A stretch of DNA of 62,836 nt, counting the filler, from Chrysochromulina tobinii (taxonomy: Eukaryota), in NCBI GenBank assembly GCA_001275005.1. It is 6 parts of 6 records of this genome, joined end to end, with 100 filler letters (N's around TTAATTAATTAA, not from the genome) between each part and the next. Parts side by side here need not be neighbours in the genome. Positions count along the whole stretch, not along the records: positions 44,367 to 60,010 come from JWZX01000544.1; 5 more parts are not named here. One strand, 5' to 3'. Numbering within the stretch: position 1 is the first letter of the stretch; each line of letters begins with the position of its first letter. The translations under genes and the position numbers were made by a program. Below the pieces are notes generated by a model. The model was given only the letters and a program-made list of their open reading frames with translations, was not told the origin of the DNA and did no database searches. Shown here piece by piece: positions 48,992 through 60,110 of this stretch.

Positions 48992-50671
48992 ATGTCGCCC
49001 ACTGTGGCCGTCCTGGCTTGCGCGTCGGCGCTCATTGGCGCTCCGCGGATGATCACCAACCGTCTCTTGGCTCCTCGGATGGGAATCGGCGACGGCGCGG
49101 CGGGCACCGCTGCGGGAGGTGGTGGCGACATCTATGGAGGCGGCGACTCCGAGCGCAACGCACAGCTTGCGGCGCTGCTCAAAATGTTTACAGCGAAATC
49201 AGATGCACCCATCCCCGAGTCGGAGGGTTCGGAGCAGGCGACAAAGGAGGTCGATGAGGCAAAGCGACTCGGGCTGAGGCTTGACATGCCCTTGTGCCGG
49301 TACTCGTGGTGCATCCTGCCAGGGCAGCAGATCGCCATGTCCGTTTGGCAGCCCCAGTACACGCTCATGTTCAGCACGCTGCTGGGGCAGCCCGGCCCGC
49401 ACGAGTACTTCCACGTGCTTCTGCCGGGCGGCGCCGAGTCGCTCGGTCGGGAAGGCTACGAGCTCGAGCCCGGTTCCAAGTCCAGTCTGGTTGGCACTCT
49501 GATGCGCATCGCGTACGCCAAGCGCAACGAAGACTCCACGCTCACGCTCGTCGTCCAGGGCCTGGCGAGAGGCGTCGTGCTACGTCCGACCCAGGTGCTG
49601 CCCTATAGCCGCGGCGACGTGCAGCTGCTCCCCGACGGCGAGGCCATGCGCTCCGCGGCGCGCGTGTCACAGCGCTTCCTCGAGGCCCAAGCTGGATGGG
49701 AGCAGCCTCAGACGTGCGACCCCGAGGACACCGTCCGACCCCGACCAACCCCGAAGAGCGCTCTCGACGCGGCATACAGGCGACGACTCTGCATCGCCAC
49801 GGCAGTGCGTGAGGCCGAAGGCCTATTCGCATACGAGTCCACCGACACGCCCGCCCTCGACCCGCCCGGCAGACGCGGAAGCGGCCAGATTGCGCAGCTC
49901 ACGCAGTTCAACGCGAGCGCAGCGGGCGCGATCGCCGCGGCCGCCGCGGCGTCCGCTGCCGTGCTGGCTGAGATGCCTATGCCGCAGAACGCGCCCATAG
50001 GAGGCGCTGCGGCTGACGAGGCGGGCTCAGCGCCCAAAGAGGAAGTGACAGCGCTCAAGGAGGAAGAGGCGTTCGCTTCACGGCTAACGTACCGAGGTCG
50101 GGTGCTCGCGGACCTCGACGCGGCGGTGGCGAGCGCCGAGGCTGAGACGAGGCTCAACTTGCGCTGCGCGGCCGAGGCGGAGGAGCTGCGCACCATACGC
50201 GAGCTTGAGGCGACGACTTGGATCGAGTTCGATGACTTGCTGCAATCCCTTCGCATGCTTCCGCCGGGCGGCTCACCCTTGCCATCGCGCTCGACCAGCC
50301 TTCCCATCCCCACGCAGCTGCTCGCCCTCTGGCCGCCGCCGCCCGAGGGCGGATGGCCTGTCACGTGCCGGCTGGCCGAGATTGCGGCAGGGTTGCAACA
50401 GGCGATCGACAAGGCAGACTCTGAGACGCGATTCTTCGTACCGGTCGCGATGAGCTACCCGGCCCGCAAGCGCGCCGAGCGACTCTCGTGGATGATTTGG
50501 AGCACCATCGGCGACCAAAAGGTGGGTGTGAATGCGTACACGGGCTCGCCGTTTCAGGCGCTGCTCGAGGCGGAGGGCACAGCGGAGCGGCTACGCATGG
50601 TGCTCGAGAAGCTGCGGGCGATCAAGGACGAGGCAACGGGTGGCACCAGAGATGGCTCGAGAGATACCTGA
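48992..50671 (+). CDS. LON N-terminal (substrate-binding)-like domain protein, probably plastid-targeted
   Basis: MPLCRYSWCILPGQQIAMSVWQPQYTLMF, VGTLMRI, LVVQGLAR, QALLE...ERL; signal peptide ending ASA followed by a transit-like segment. Confidence 0.7.
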   Translation: MSPTVAVLACASALIGAPRMITNRLLAPRMGIGDGAAGTAAGGGGDIYGGGDSERNAQLAALLKMFTAKSDAPIPESEGSEQATKEVDEAKRLGLRLDMPLCRYSWCILPGQQIAMSVWQPQYTLMFSTLLGQPGPHEYFHVLLPGGAESLGREGYELEPGSKSSLVGTLMRIAYAKRNEDSTLTLVVQGLARGVVLRPTQVLPYSRGDVQLLPDGEAMRSAARVSQRFLEAQAGWEQPQTCDPEDTVRPRPTPKSALDAAYRRRLCIATAVREAEGLFAYESTDTPALDPPGRRGSGQIAQLTQFNASAAGAIAAAAAASAAVLAEMPMPQNAPIGGAAADEAGSAPKEEVTALKEEEAFASRLTYRGRVLADLDAAVASAEAETRLNLRCAAEAEELRTIRELEATTWIEFDDLLQSLRMLPPGGSPLPSRSTSLPIPTQLLALWPPPPEGGWPVTCRLAEIAAGLQQAIDKADSETRFFVPVAMSYPARKRAERLSWMIWSTIGDQKVGVNAYTGSPFQALLEAEGTAERLRMVLEKLRAIKDEATGGTRDGSRDT

Positions 50672-50999
50672 GGGTGCGGAGGCTCACCCCGAGATGAGGG
50701 GAGCAGGGGAAGGTTGGCGAGAACGGCAGAAAGGCCCACGCCTCACGTCACCGCGGAGCGACGGGTCGACTACTAGGCAGAAGACAGTCCGGTCTCGAGA
50801 TCTCGCGATGTATCCGGATATGCGATGGCCTAACCCCAAATACAAGCGTAACGAAACTGCCATTTTCGCACCGGTTCTCCATGCGGTTCTCGCTCTGGTT
50901 TTTTTTCAGACGAACCGCGCTCACCTCGTTAGGAAGCTTACGCTTAATACTACAGTTGGCGTAATTATGTTATGATGAATGATCCACCACACGACCACA

Positions 51000-51111
51000 T
51001 CAGCTCCAACACCCGTGTTGCTAGAACACCGTACACGCTTAGTATGCCTGGGGGAGACCCCCTCGCCACGTGTACGCTGCCGGTAGGCGATGTTTACTTA
51101 CTTACTTACTT
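51000..51111 (+). mobile_element. Tiny retroposon-like insertion with (ACTT)n tail and 9-bp TSD
   Basis: ACGACCACA at 50991-50999 and 51112-51120; internal stem CGTACACG/CGTGTACG; ends TTACTTACTTACTTACTT. Confidence 0.65.
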
Positions 51112-52603
51112 ACGACCACAGTCCTTTGTGTCAAGAGACAGTGAGAGTGACCCCCTATAAAGCTATTTGCTATAAACTAAGTCCTAGCTAACAGCTAACT
51201 CGACTTCGCCTGTTCACACATCGTCATCGACACTCCTCCCTCCTCCGCACCTGCGCACTCGTACGGCATAAGGGCATATGCACTGCCATCATATCACGCT
51301 GATGTCAGATGTGTCACATCTTAGGCTAACCGCTGCCGTCTCGTGTTCCCCCACACACCCAGAGCACACGCGGAGGTCGTGGGCTCGTGGCTATCCGGAC
51401 ACGCCCCTGCCGAGTCGAAACTAAGTCGAAACGTTCATTTTTGACGCCGCCCTAACGCCGCCCAGTCCCGCCCAGGAGGCTCCCCCAAATTGTTCCCCAC
51501 AATTCACGATTTTCACGTCTGCACCGCATTCTTGCAGGACCAGGTTGCACGTTCTGCAGGCAGCCCCCCAAATAAATTGCTGTCACTTCTCGTCATCGAG
51601 TCTGGGCGTCCGTGGAGCGGCGCCAGTCGGCTCGTCGATGACGACAGAAAATTGGCCTGGAGCAAAAAATATCTTGACCAAAAGGGTAGTGGTCTACTTT
51701 TTTTTTTAGAAGCTGGGCCCATCCCTACTTCCCTACATGTACACCTGTTTGGGAATCGAATGCCTTGATGTTCGCCCTTGAGCGTGAATTGGGAGGTTGG
51801 TTACAGACACGGGTTGGTACTATAGGGGTCTTGACTCGTGTGAACTGCGTACATGTAGCCCCTACCTACCTAGGCCCGCCCGTAGGAGCGAGATCGCTCA
51901 GTCGCGTTGCGTTCCCTTTTTCCCTTGCGTTGAGCCGTTGACCCGTCAGTAAGCGAGCTCGAGCGTTCTCTTACGGTGCTCGTGTGTGTCGCGTCATGCA
52001 TGCGGACCCCGGAACCAGTCCAGTGTGTCCGGTACGTTTTGTTACGGGTAAGGGGGTAGAACCGGGTAACCTGGTCAGACCTACTATTGTTCTGTACAGT
52101 ACCTCTTGTATGTTTGTTGAAACCGGCATTTTGTTTATTTTTGAGGGTTTCGCCATGGAAGTCGTGTACACCCAGCCGCAGCCGCCCACAACTTTGGCGT
52201 CTTCGGTGGCGCGCCTGCCTCGATGGCCAGGTGGACTCGGGGCTGCGCCCCCCGTCGCACTCGCCGCCGATCCATGGTGAAGGAGCTGTGTGCCTCCGAG
52301 GCGGCGTGGCCGTCCACCGGCTCGTCCACCCCCGAATCCACCTTTCCGGGGACGCTGGCCACGCTCCTGCTGCCGGCGATTGACGCGTGGCTCGTGCCCG
52401 CGCTGGAGGCTTCCCCTCTTGTCGGGGCGCTGACAACCCCTCTTCCGTTCACGATGGCAACGCTTGCTCTCGTCTGCCTGGTCCAGGACTTCGCGGCACG
52501 TCCCACCTGGGCGCTCGCCTCAATCTCTGGGTCGCCGCCCAAGGGCGCTGGTGCTGTGAGTGCCACCTTTGCGTCAAGCCGACCCTCTGCTCGGCGCGGC
52601 TCC

Positions 52604-55600
52604 ATGTGCCGCTTCGGATCTGCGCCTCGACTTGACCGCGTTGTCTTTCTCCTCGTGGCGTTCGGCTTCGTGGCCATTACCAACGCGCAGCTCTGCACGG
52701 AGACGTGCTTCGGGTACGCCTCAGACGGTTGCTGCGACGATGGCGGACCCGGAGCTGAGTACGCAGATTGTGTGCAAGGCACCGACTGCACCGATTGCGG
52801 CCCTCGAGAGCATCTTCCGTCGCAAACGCCACTGTATTTGCTACCGCCGCCGCCGCCGCTGTCGCCGTCGCCGCCGCCGCCGCCGCCGGCGCCGCCAGCA
52901 CAGCCTCCCAGACCAGCGCAGCCTGGCTGGCACGTCGAACGCCAAGGCCGCAGGCGTTACCCCCCCCCACGGGACTATGCGCAAGAGCTCCAGCCGGGCG
53001 GCCAACCGACGGCGTTCGCACCACCAAACTGCTCGGCACCAGGGCGGGTGGGCTGCGTTGCGATGCCCAGGCCAGCCCGTGCCAAGCCTGCAGCAGGCGT
53101 TCGAGCTGCGCTCTTGCCACCTACGTGCACCTTGTCCTCCGAGCCGGGATGCCTGCGCCTCCCCAAGCCTTTGGTGAGGATGGGGGACGAGCTGCTAGAC
53201 AGCGGCGAAGATATACTTCGATTCGTGGACAGAGGCGATAGAATAATGGCGCTGCTGACCGGCGGTTGGGCGAGCACATACTCAATCGTGGCGGCCGACA
53301 TGGACGGCGACGGCGACCTCGACGTGCTGCTTGGGAACTATGACAGTGCCAGCCGAGTGCTCCTCAACGCGGGCGACGGCACCTTCCCGACGAGCATCGA
53401 GCTGCCCGGCGGCATTGCGTACACGAGGTCGATCGCGGCGGCGGACGTGGATGGAGACGGCGACCTCGACGTGCTGCTGGGCATCGAAGGCAGTGCCAGC
53501 CGAGTGCTCCTCAACGCGGGCGACGGCACCTTCCCGACGAGCATCGAGCTGCCCGGCGGCATTGCGTACACGAGGTCGATCGCGGCGGCGGACGTAGACG
53601 GCGACGGCGACCTCGACGTGCTGCTTGGGAACTATGACAGTGCCAGCCGAGTGCTGCTCAACGCGGGCGACGGCACCTTCCCGACGAGCATCGAGCTGCC
53701 CGGCGGCAGCGCGGGCACGAGGTCGATCGCGGCGGCGGACGTGGACGGCGACGGCGACCTCGACGTGCTGCTTGGGGTTTCCGGCAGTCCAAGTCGTCTG
53801 CTTCCCTTAGTCAGATGCTCTCAGACTGACACTGCACGCAGCCACTTTGGCCACGGATGCGTCCACTGCCCCGCTCCGATCTCACGCCGAGACGACCATT
53901 TCGATATCTGCTACGAGTGCGAAGAGCACACGGAGCTCAACGGCCGCGGCGAATGCTCCTCCTGCAAGCCGGGTTACGATCGCTCCTTGGGAGCCGCCGA
54001 GTGCACTGCCTGCCCGCGCGGCAAGCGCCAAGGAGAGGCTGGCACACTCTGTGTCGACTGCTCCCCGGGCACGTACGCTCCGAAAGACGGCCTCTTTGGC
54101 CCCAAATGCTTGGATTGCGAGCAGGGCAGCTTCTGCCCGCCAGGCGCCGCGGCACCAGTGCCGTGCCACGAGGGCAGCTTCTCGAGCGCGACCGACCTCG
54201 CGCGCGATGAGCAGTGCCCACACGCGCTGCCTACACCACCTGCTGCTCCGGTTGCAGCTGCGCATGGACAACCACAAATTGTAGCGGCCCTCACCTCCAG
54301 TGTTGCACTTCTAATTGTGCTTCTCGTGGTGCTTGCTTGCTTTCGGCATCGGAGCAAGCGCAGACGGGCGGCCACCCAACTGCTTGACAGCAATTCCGTC
54401 TCCATGCACGCGTTGTCCTCCATGCACGCGTTGTCCGGTCGGGTGCCCAGGCTCCAGGAGGAGCGCCCCACGAATTCGCTCCAAAGCTCCTTGGTGGGCT
54501 CCGACGAGCCGACGCACCTCGAGGTGGTGGACTTCTCGACGCTTACGATGGGCAGGCCGATCGGCAAAGGTGGCTTCGCGACCGTCTGGCTTGCGCGGTG
54601 GCAGGGCAACGACCTCGCCGTTAAGGTGCTCAACACGGAGCATGAGAACATCGATGCGTCGCCTGCGCAGGATGAAGCCATGCTCCGGGAGGTGGCCATC
54701 CTGCGTCGCCTGCGCCACCCGTGCATATGCGCCCTTTTCGGCCACATGCGGGTTGACGAGCGACCCGCGCTCGTCCTCGAGTACATGGCTGGCGGCTCTC
54801 TCGCCGCATACCTCTTCGATCCTAGGCAAGCTACTTTCAACGTGGACCCCCCCCGGGAAGCCGTCCAGGCCAGCGCATCGAGCCTTTCGAGCGGGGTGCG
54901 CATCTTCCGTAGCCTCTTCCGTCTCCACAACGCCGCCGCAGCGCCGGTGATGGGGCCGCCGCCACGCCCGCACCTGGCCGGCATGCTCCCGTGCGAGAAG
55001 AAGATTCGCTTCGGCGTTCAGCTGGCGAGCGGGCTGTGCTTCCTCCACTCGCACGGCATCCTGCACCACGACGTCAAGACGGAGAATGCACTGCTCGACG
55101 CGAACCGAACGGTATGCAAGCTCGCCGACTTCGGGTTGGCGAGCCTCAGCCTCAAGTACGCGGATCGTAAAAGCAGGAATTCGGTGAGCGCGGGGGGCAC
55201 ACTGCGATATATGGCACCCGAGAGATTGGAGGAGTCGGAACGTCACGCGCGCAAGAGCCGCGATCGTGGCGACGGTCGTGGCAGCAGCAGCGGCAGCAGC
55301 GGCAGCCTGGGCCGCACGCTCGTCAGCTTTGAGGATCGTGCGGATGTCTATGCCTTTGCACTCTTGCTTTGGGAGCTCACGCATGAGCGCCGCGCCTTTG
55401 AGGGGATGACGGGGGTAGCTGCCGCCTTCGGCGCCAGCCAGGGGCTTCGGCCACAGTTCTTGGAGCCTCATCTCTATGGGATGATCCCAGCGCTCACGTG
55501 CGAGTGTTGGGCGCAGCGTCCAGAGGACCGCCCGAGCATGAGCACGGTGCTCGCGAGGCTCGACGCATGCATGCAAGCCCTCTCTGCGACACAAGGTGTG

Positions 55601-55789
55601 GGCGACTCGTCGGTGCAGAGCTCGCCCCCAAGCCGCCTATCCAGCTGCAGCGACGAGTCGTCCACCGCTGCTGCAGTACTTTTCGACCATGAGCAATTTT
55701 CGACGAAGGTGGGAGGACATGGCGAGGACTTCGAACTGTGGGTGGAACCCGAAAGAGAGACAGAGACAGGGAGACAGAGAGTGCAATGA
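52604..55789 (+). CDS. Receptor-like TKL kinase with FG-GAP/VCBS repeats and Cys-rich ectodomain
   Basis: Signal peptide; CCDDGGPG; four 49-aa (147-bp) units AADVDGDGDLDVLLG; CxxC repeats (CSPGTY, CEQGSFCP); TM helix; GKGGFA, AVK, HHDVKTEN, DFG, YMAPE. Confidence 0.92.
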   Translation: MCRFGSAPRLDRVVFLLVAFGFVAITNAQLCTETCFGYASDGCCDDGGPGAEYADCVQGTDCTDCGPREHLPSQTPLYLLPPPPPLSPSPPPPPPAPPAQPPRPAQPGWHVERQGRRRYPPPRDYAQELQPGGQPTAFAPPNCSAPGRVGCVAMPRPARAKPAAGVRAALLPPTCTLSSEPGCLRLPKPLVRMGDELLDSGEDILRFVDRGDRIMALLTGGWASTYSIVAADMDGDGDLDVLLGNYDSASRVLLNAGDGTFPTSIELPGGIAYTRSIAAADVDGDGDLDVLLGIEGSASRVLLNAGDGTFPTSIELPGGIAYTRSIAAADVDGDGDLDVLLGNYDSASRVLLNAGDGTFPTSIELPGGSAGTRSIAAADVDGDGDLDVLLGVSGSPSRLLPLVRCSQTDTARSHFGHGCVHCPAPISRRDDHFDICYECEEHTELNGRGECSSCKPGYDRSLGAAECTACPRGKRQGEAGTLCVDCSPGTYAPKDGLFGPKCLDCEQGSFCPPGAAAPVPCHEGSFSSATDLARDEQCPHALPTPPAAPVAAAHGQPQIVAALTSSVALLIVLLVVLACFRHRSKRRRAATQLLDSNSVSMHALSSMHALSGRVPRLQEERPTNSLQSSLVGSDEPTHLEVVDFSTLTMGRPIGKGGFATVWLARWQGNDLAVKVLNTEHENIDASPAQDEAMLREVAILRRLRHPCICALFGHMRVDERPALVLEYMAGGSLAAYLFDPRQATFNVDPPREAVQASASSLSSGVRIFRSLFRLHNAAAAPVMGPPPRPHLAGMLPCEKKIRFGVQLASGLCFLHSHGILHHDVKTENALLDANRTVCKLADFGLASLSLKYADRKSRNSVSAGGTLRYMAPERLEESERHARKSRDRGDGRGSSSGSSGSLGRTLVSFEDRADVYAFALLLWELTHERRAFEGMTGVAAAFGASQGLRPQFLEPHLYGMIPALTCECWAQRPEDRPSMSTVLARLDACMQALSATQGVGDSSVQSSPPSRLSSCSDESSTAAAVLFDHEQFSTKVGGHGEDFELWVEPERETETGRQRVQ

Positions 55790-56821
55790 GATTTCGTGTG
55801 AGAGAGAGTGTGTGTGCCCCCTCCCCCTCGAACGAGTTCGGTTCGGGACGTCGGACTCGGTGCCGGCTGTCGCTGTCAACGCCTGTAGTTGCTAGCGCGA
55901 GGTACAGCAGTATTTGTGCATGTGTTTGTGTAAGCGCAGCGCGCGCGCGCGCCGCCACACGTGTGCGAGTGAGTCGGTCCTCTGCGGTGAACGGTCGTGC
56001 TGCCGCGGAGCTTGTCGAGCCGGAGCAACGAGCCGAGAGGGCAACTGATATGATTTTGCGTGTAAGGACTACAAGGTGCTGAATCTAGAATCTTCTACCT
56101 GTGTGCGTGTCTTGAACGAGTAGGAGAACGCAGAACCCGACCGAACGTCGTTGGGCGGTTGCGCTTGCGGCCGGTCGGGTTCGGGGTTGCGGTTCGCGTT
56201 CGGTTTCGATCGGTTCCTATCGTTGCGTAGTCCCCGGAGGTTAGCTGCGGGGTTGAACTTCAACTCCGGCCAGCCATGCCACGCCGAGCCGCGCGGGCTC
56301 CCCAGCGACGAGCGAGCAGCCACTGGCGCCGAGCGGGGACTCGCGCGCATCTGCGTCGGTCGTGGGTAACGCTAACGGCAACGCTGGTCGGATATGCTGC
56401 TGTCGGTCACGCGACGGGACGGTCCGGCTCCGGTCTCGCTCAAACAAAATCACCTGTCGCACGTCGGTCTCAGCACAGTGTTCATTGAAACACCCGACCA
56501 TAGTGCATAGGGTTCAGAACTACCTGAGTAGTGATGAACCCTCCCTAAGGTCAAAATCTCGCGCAGCCTCACATAAGCCTCACAGTGCTCACGCTACCCA
56601 AACGTCGAGTTTTTCTAGAATGTGTTTTCATGTGTTTATTTCTTCAGCTACAACAATTAACATAAGTAAACATACAGCTCCGCTTACACGTTACAGGTCA
56701 GAGATACAGCTGTCCAGCTGTAATGGGCCTAGGAGCTGTGTCTCCCCCAGCTCGCCACGTGTGCGTTGCCGAAAGGCGTGTGTACTGTACTTACTGCAGC
56801 TCATACGATGTATGGACGCGG

Positions 56822-58660
56822 CTAAGTTCTCCGAGGCTGAGACTTAGATGATGGCCATGGCGTTGGCCGCTGGTCGTGATTGCAGCTGTGATGCGAGCGT
56901 CCCATACCATCAACCTCGAGAGCGTTCTCGTCGTCGTTCTCTTCCTCGTCATCATGTTCCTCCTCCTCGACCTCGTCATAGACGACGTGCCGTTGCTGGC
57001 CGCCCGGCTGCACCCTCCGAGTGCTAGCTCGAGAGGTGCGGTCGCTAAAGCCACGAGTGCGCGCACCACGACCGAGGTCGCGCCCAAAAGGACGCGAGGG
57101 AGCGCCCCGGGTCCAGCTCAGCCCATGACACAGCCCTAGGCCCACGCAACAGCAACTACACATCATGACGACGCTCGCCAAGACGGCCGGGTGGATGGCT
57201 GGGCCGAACGTCATGAACGCCGCGAACCCCCCAGGGTTACCTAAAGGGCTGTCCGCTCCTGGCAGTACACCCGTGGTCATCGGGATCGCTCGAGGGACGT
57301 TACGAGGGGCGGGGTTTGTAGATGGGTCGGCGACACCGGGAGCCCACCCGACGGCACCAGCAAGCACGCCGCCATCAATGCTGGCCACGACCTCGTCGTA
57401 GGCTAAGAATGGCTGCCCCGCGATGACCATCGGCAGCTCTGTGAACGCATCTTTAGGAATCCTAGGAGCCGCCGCAGGCGATGAGAAGAGTTGCGCTGCC
57501 ATCTTGGGAGGTTGCGGAGATTGGCTCGGAGATCGGATCGGAGGCGGAGGCCGGAGTGGCGGCGATGGCAAAGGCGAGAGGTGGACTGGTGGGAGGCGCT
57601 GCGGGGCGCCGCACACGGGGCATCCATCGCACGCACCTCCCGCCTTGCCACAGAACGTCACCTTGCACCAGCTCTCACATCGCAGCTGCACGCCCGGCGC
57701 ATACCCCTCGCAATACGCGCATGCGCGGCAGGCGTTGGCTGTGCAATCGGTCGGCCGGTTACACCAAGACGAGCAGCGGGGGCAAAAGGAGCACGCCGAG
57801 CACTTGCAGAACGCGCCTGTCGCATACACACGAGTTCGCCCACACAGTATTCATCAGTGCGGGTGTCATTCAGTGCTTCTTCACAGTATCGTCACAAGTC
57901 GCTTGTAAGTCGCTTGGGCTCCTCGCGTGCATTCTCGCGTGCACACATGAGAGTACGACGTGAGCAGTGCTGGTGGATCTATCTGCTCTCAAGGGTCTGC
58001 TCTGTTGGGAGCGCGCACAGTTGTGTACGTCCTTGGCGGAGCCGGTGCACCACGACTCGCACGTGGAGTGTGCTAGGTCGAAGCGATCCTTGGGCGTGCA
58101 CTGCTGGCGCGTCGTCGGAGCGCAGCTCGCGCACCCCTTGCATTTGCAGAACTGACAGCCGTCGCCACTGTTGCACCATGGTTGGCACGTCTCGAACCTC
58201 GGATCGTCGATCGCATCGGGATGAGGCGCGCAGGATCGTTCCGGATGGTGCCCGCGACAGAATTCGCATCCTTTGCATTTGCACGTGCCGCAATGCTCAG
58301 CTTCTGAGCACCAAGATTGGCAGCCTTCATAGTCCACATCGTCAATCGCCGTTGGCGTGCAGGGCAGGCAGAGGCTGCAATCCCGACACTTGCAGTGAGA
58401 ACCTACAGTGCCACAGAACTCAGAAGGTCAGCAGAAGACAAAGAGCGTGCGCGCAGCGTGCGAGACGCACAATGAGCCGGTTCTGAGCACCAGTCTTCGC
58501 AGAGCGCTACTGACGTGTCATCCGGTTCATTTTGTATGCAAACGCCGGCGCTAAGACCTCGGTGCGAACTGAAAACCTGTGCTCCTGAAGAAGGCAGCTG
58601 GTGGCTTGCGGCGGCTGCGACAGCAAAAGACAGGATCCTCCTCGAAAGCACGGCCCACAT
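56822..58660 (-). CDS. Type I membrane protein with repeated CxxWC...CxxCxCxxCxxC modules; exons 58660-58471, 58402-58019, 57816-56822
   Basis: Two GT-AG introns (58403-58470, 57817-58018) each split a Cys codon and link three ORFs; signal peptide, Pro-rich stalk, TM helix, acidic tail. Confidence 0.75.
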
Positions 58661-59521
58661 GGAATGTTTTGGTGCAGGGCTCTCGTCCGCAGACGTGACG
58701 CTCGACTCCCCCAGGTTGTCGGTTCCGTTTTCATTCAAGTTTCTTTGGTGCATGCAAACTTAGTTTCAACGTTACAACGAGCTTCATCGCGTACTTCCCT
58801 CGCACCTCGCCACGCCCCGGTCCGCACTCGCTCGCGCGCGCGCGCCCTGTGCGCAGTGGTAGGGTGGGGTTCTAACAAGTCGATTACCCGGGGGGGGACA
58901 CAACATTTGTGGGGAATGACTAGCTGAGAAATGAAGTATAAGCCCACGTGGCATGGGCAACCCGATCCCCCACGACGAAAAACCTTTCACATCTGCACCG
59001 TTCGCCGATTATCTACTCTACTACATGCACTACATGAGTGTTGAGTCATGGCTCCGTCGCGTGTCGGGTCTGTACCCCGGAAAGCGGAAATCATCATCAC
59101 GTCATCTTTAAACAACCGAACAGCGGTCTCGACATGGATGATGGGACTCGACCAAAACACACATCCATTTGAGGCTGAACGACCTTCAGGAACGCTCGAC
59201 GGCCGGTGCGCTCGAGTGCCCTGTGTGAAACCGGAAAGACTGAGCGACCGAGAAGCCACCGCGCGCACCGAGCATGGTGCTGCCGATTCGTCTGTGGGAG
59301 GGGTCAGGGCGCCGGGGAGCGGGTTCTCCGGTGCCGCGTTCCGCCCCCCAATGCCAATCAGCAAAATTTGGTGTGTCCACGACGCGGTCGGCGCACGGCG
59401 GCCCGACGCCCGCCAAGGCGCCCGCGCACCATCAAGATAGGGGGTCCTGCCAATGTGTAGGTAGCTCGGTCCGGTTCATGGTCCGGTTACAAATCGAATC
59501 CGTCTCTCTCAAGATAACTGT

Positions 59522-59697
59522 CAAGAGCCGTACAATGGCACACCACAGTCAGGCAGTTGGCACCATCCACCATGGTTGGCACACCCATGCTCCACTCGGT
59601 CACTAATAGATCACTAAGCATGGCCCGCACGAACAAGAGCCGTACCATGGCACAGACAGGCAGATGGCACACCCATGCTCCACTCGGTCACTAATAA
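59522..59697. repeat. Imperfect direct duplication
   Basis: CAAGAGCCGTAC.ATGGCACA and GGCACACCCATGCTCCACTCGGTCACTAATA each occur twice. Confidence 0.75.
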
Positions 59698-59770
59698 GCA
59701 TCTTATCGATGATAACCACGACTCCGGGCGCCGGAGGGGTGCGCCGTGGGGGGGGACTGCGCGATGGCGA

Positions 59771-60010
59771 TTACTTCTTCTTGTTGGCCTTCTCGAGCAT
59801 CTCGATAGCCTTCACGCCCATGAGGTCGGTCAGCTCGCACGCGTCGAAGTAGTCCTCATCGGGCACGTCGGCGAGCGTCTTCTCGCCGCCGCACACGGCC
59901 TGGAACTTGGAGATGCCGACGCACGAGCAGTTGAACTCGCCCACGGTGTACTCGGTCTTCTCGTCGGGGCAGTTGCGAGCGTACGGGCCATCGGCCCAGT
60001 CATCGGGGTT
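59771..60010 (-). CDS. C-terminal fragment of a Cj0069-like ATP-grasp family protein
   Basis: Hand translation: ...EYTVGEFNCSCVGISKFQAVCGG...LMGVKAIEMLEKANKKK*; GExNCSCVG motif; 5' part cut by the spacer. Confidence 0.6.
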   Translation of the reverse strand, partial: NPDDWADGPYARNCPDEKTEYTVGEFNCSCVGISKFQAVCGGEKTLADVPDEDYFDACELTDLMGVKAIEMLEKANKKK

Positions 60011-60110
60011 NNNNNNNNNNNNNNNNNNNNNNNNNNNNNNNNNNNNNNNNNNNNTTAATTAATTAANNNNNNNNNNNNNNNNNNNNNNNNNNNNNNNNNN
60101 NNNNNNNNNN
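60011..60110. other. Artificial contig spacer
   Basis: N44-TTAATTAATTAA-N44. Confidence 0.99.

Noticed and set aside
53290..53780. 147-bp direct repeats as a mobile or non-coding array
   Set aside because: They are in-frame FG-GAP protein repeats.
56133..56182. 11-bp inverted repeat GAACCCGACCG/CGGTCGGGTTC
   Set aside because: Short and embedded in low-complexity GGTTC-rich sequence; no TSD or other support.
18350..60110. Five identical TTAATTAATTAA motifs inside N runs
   Set aside because: Artificial concatenation linkers. ORFs ending in XXX-LIN and adjacency across them are not biological.
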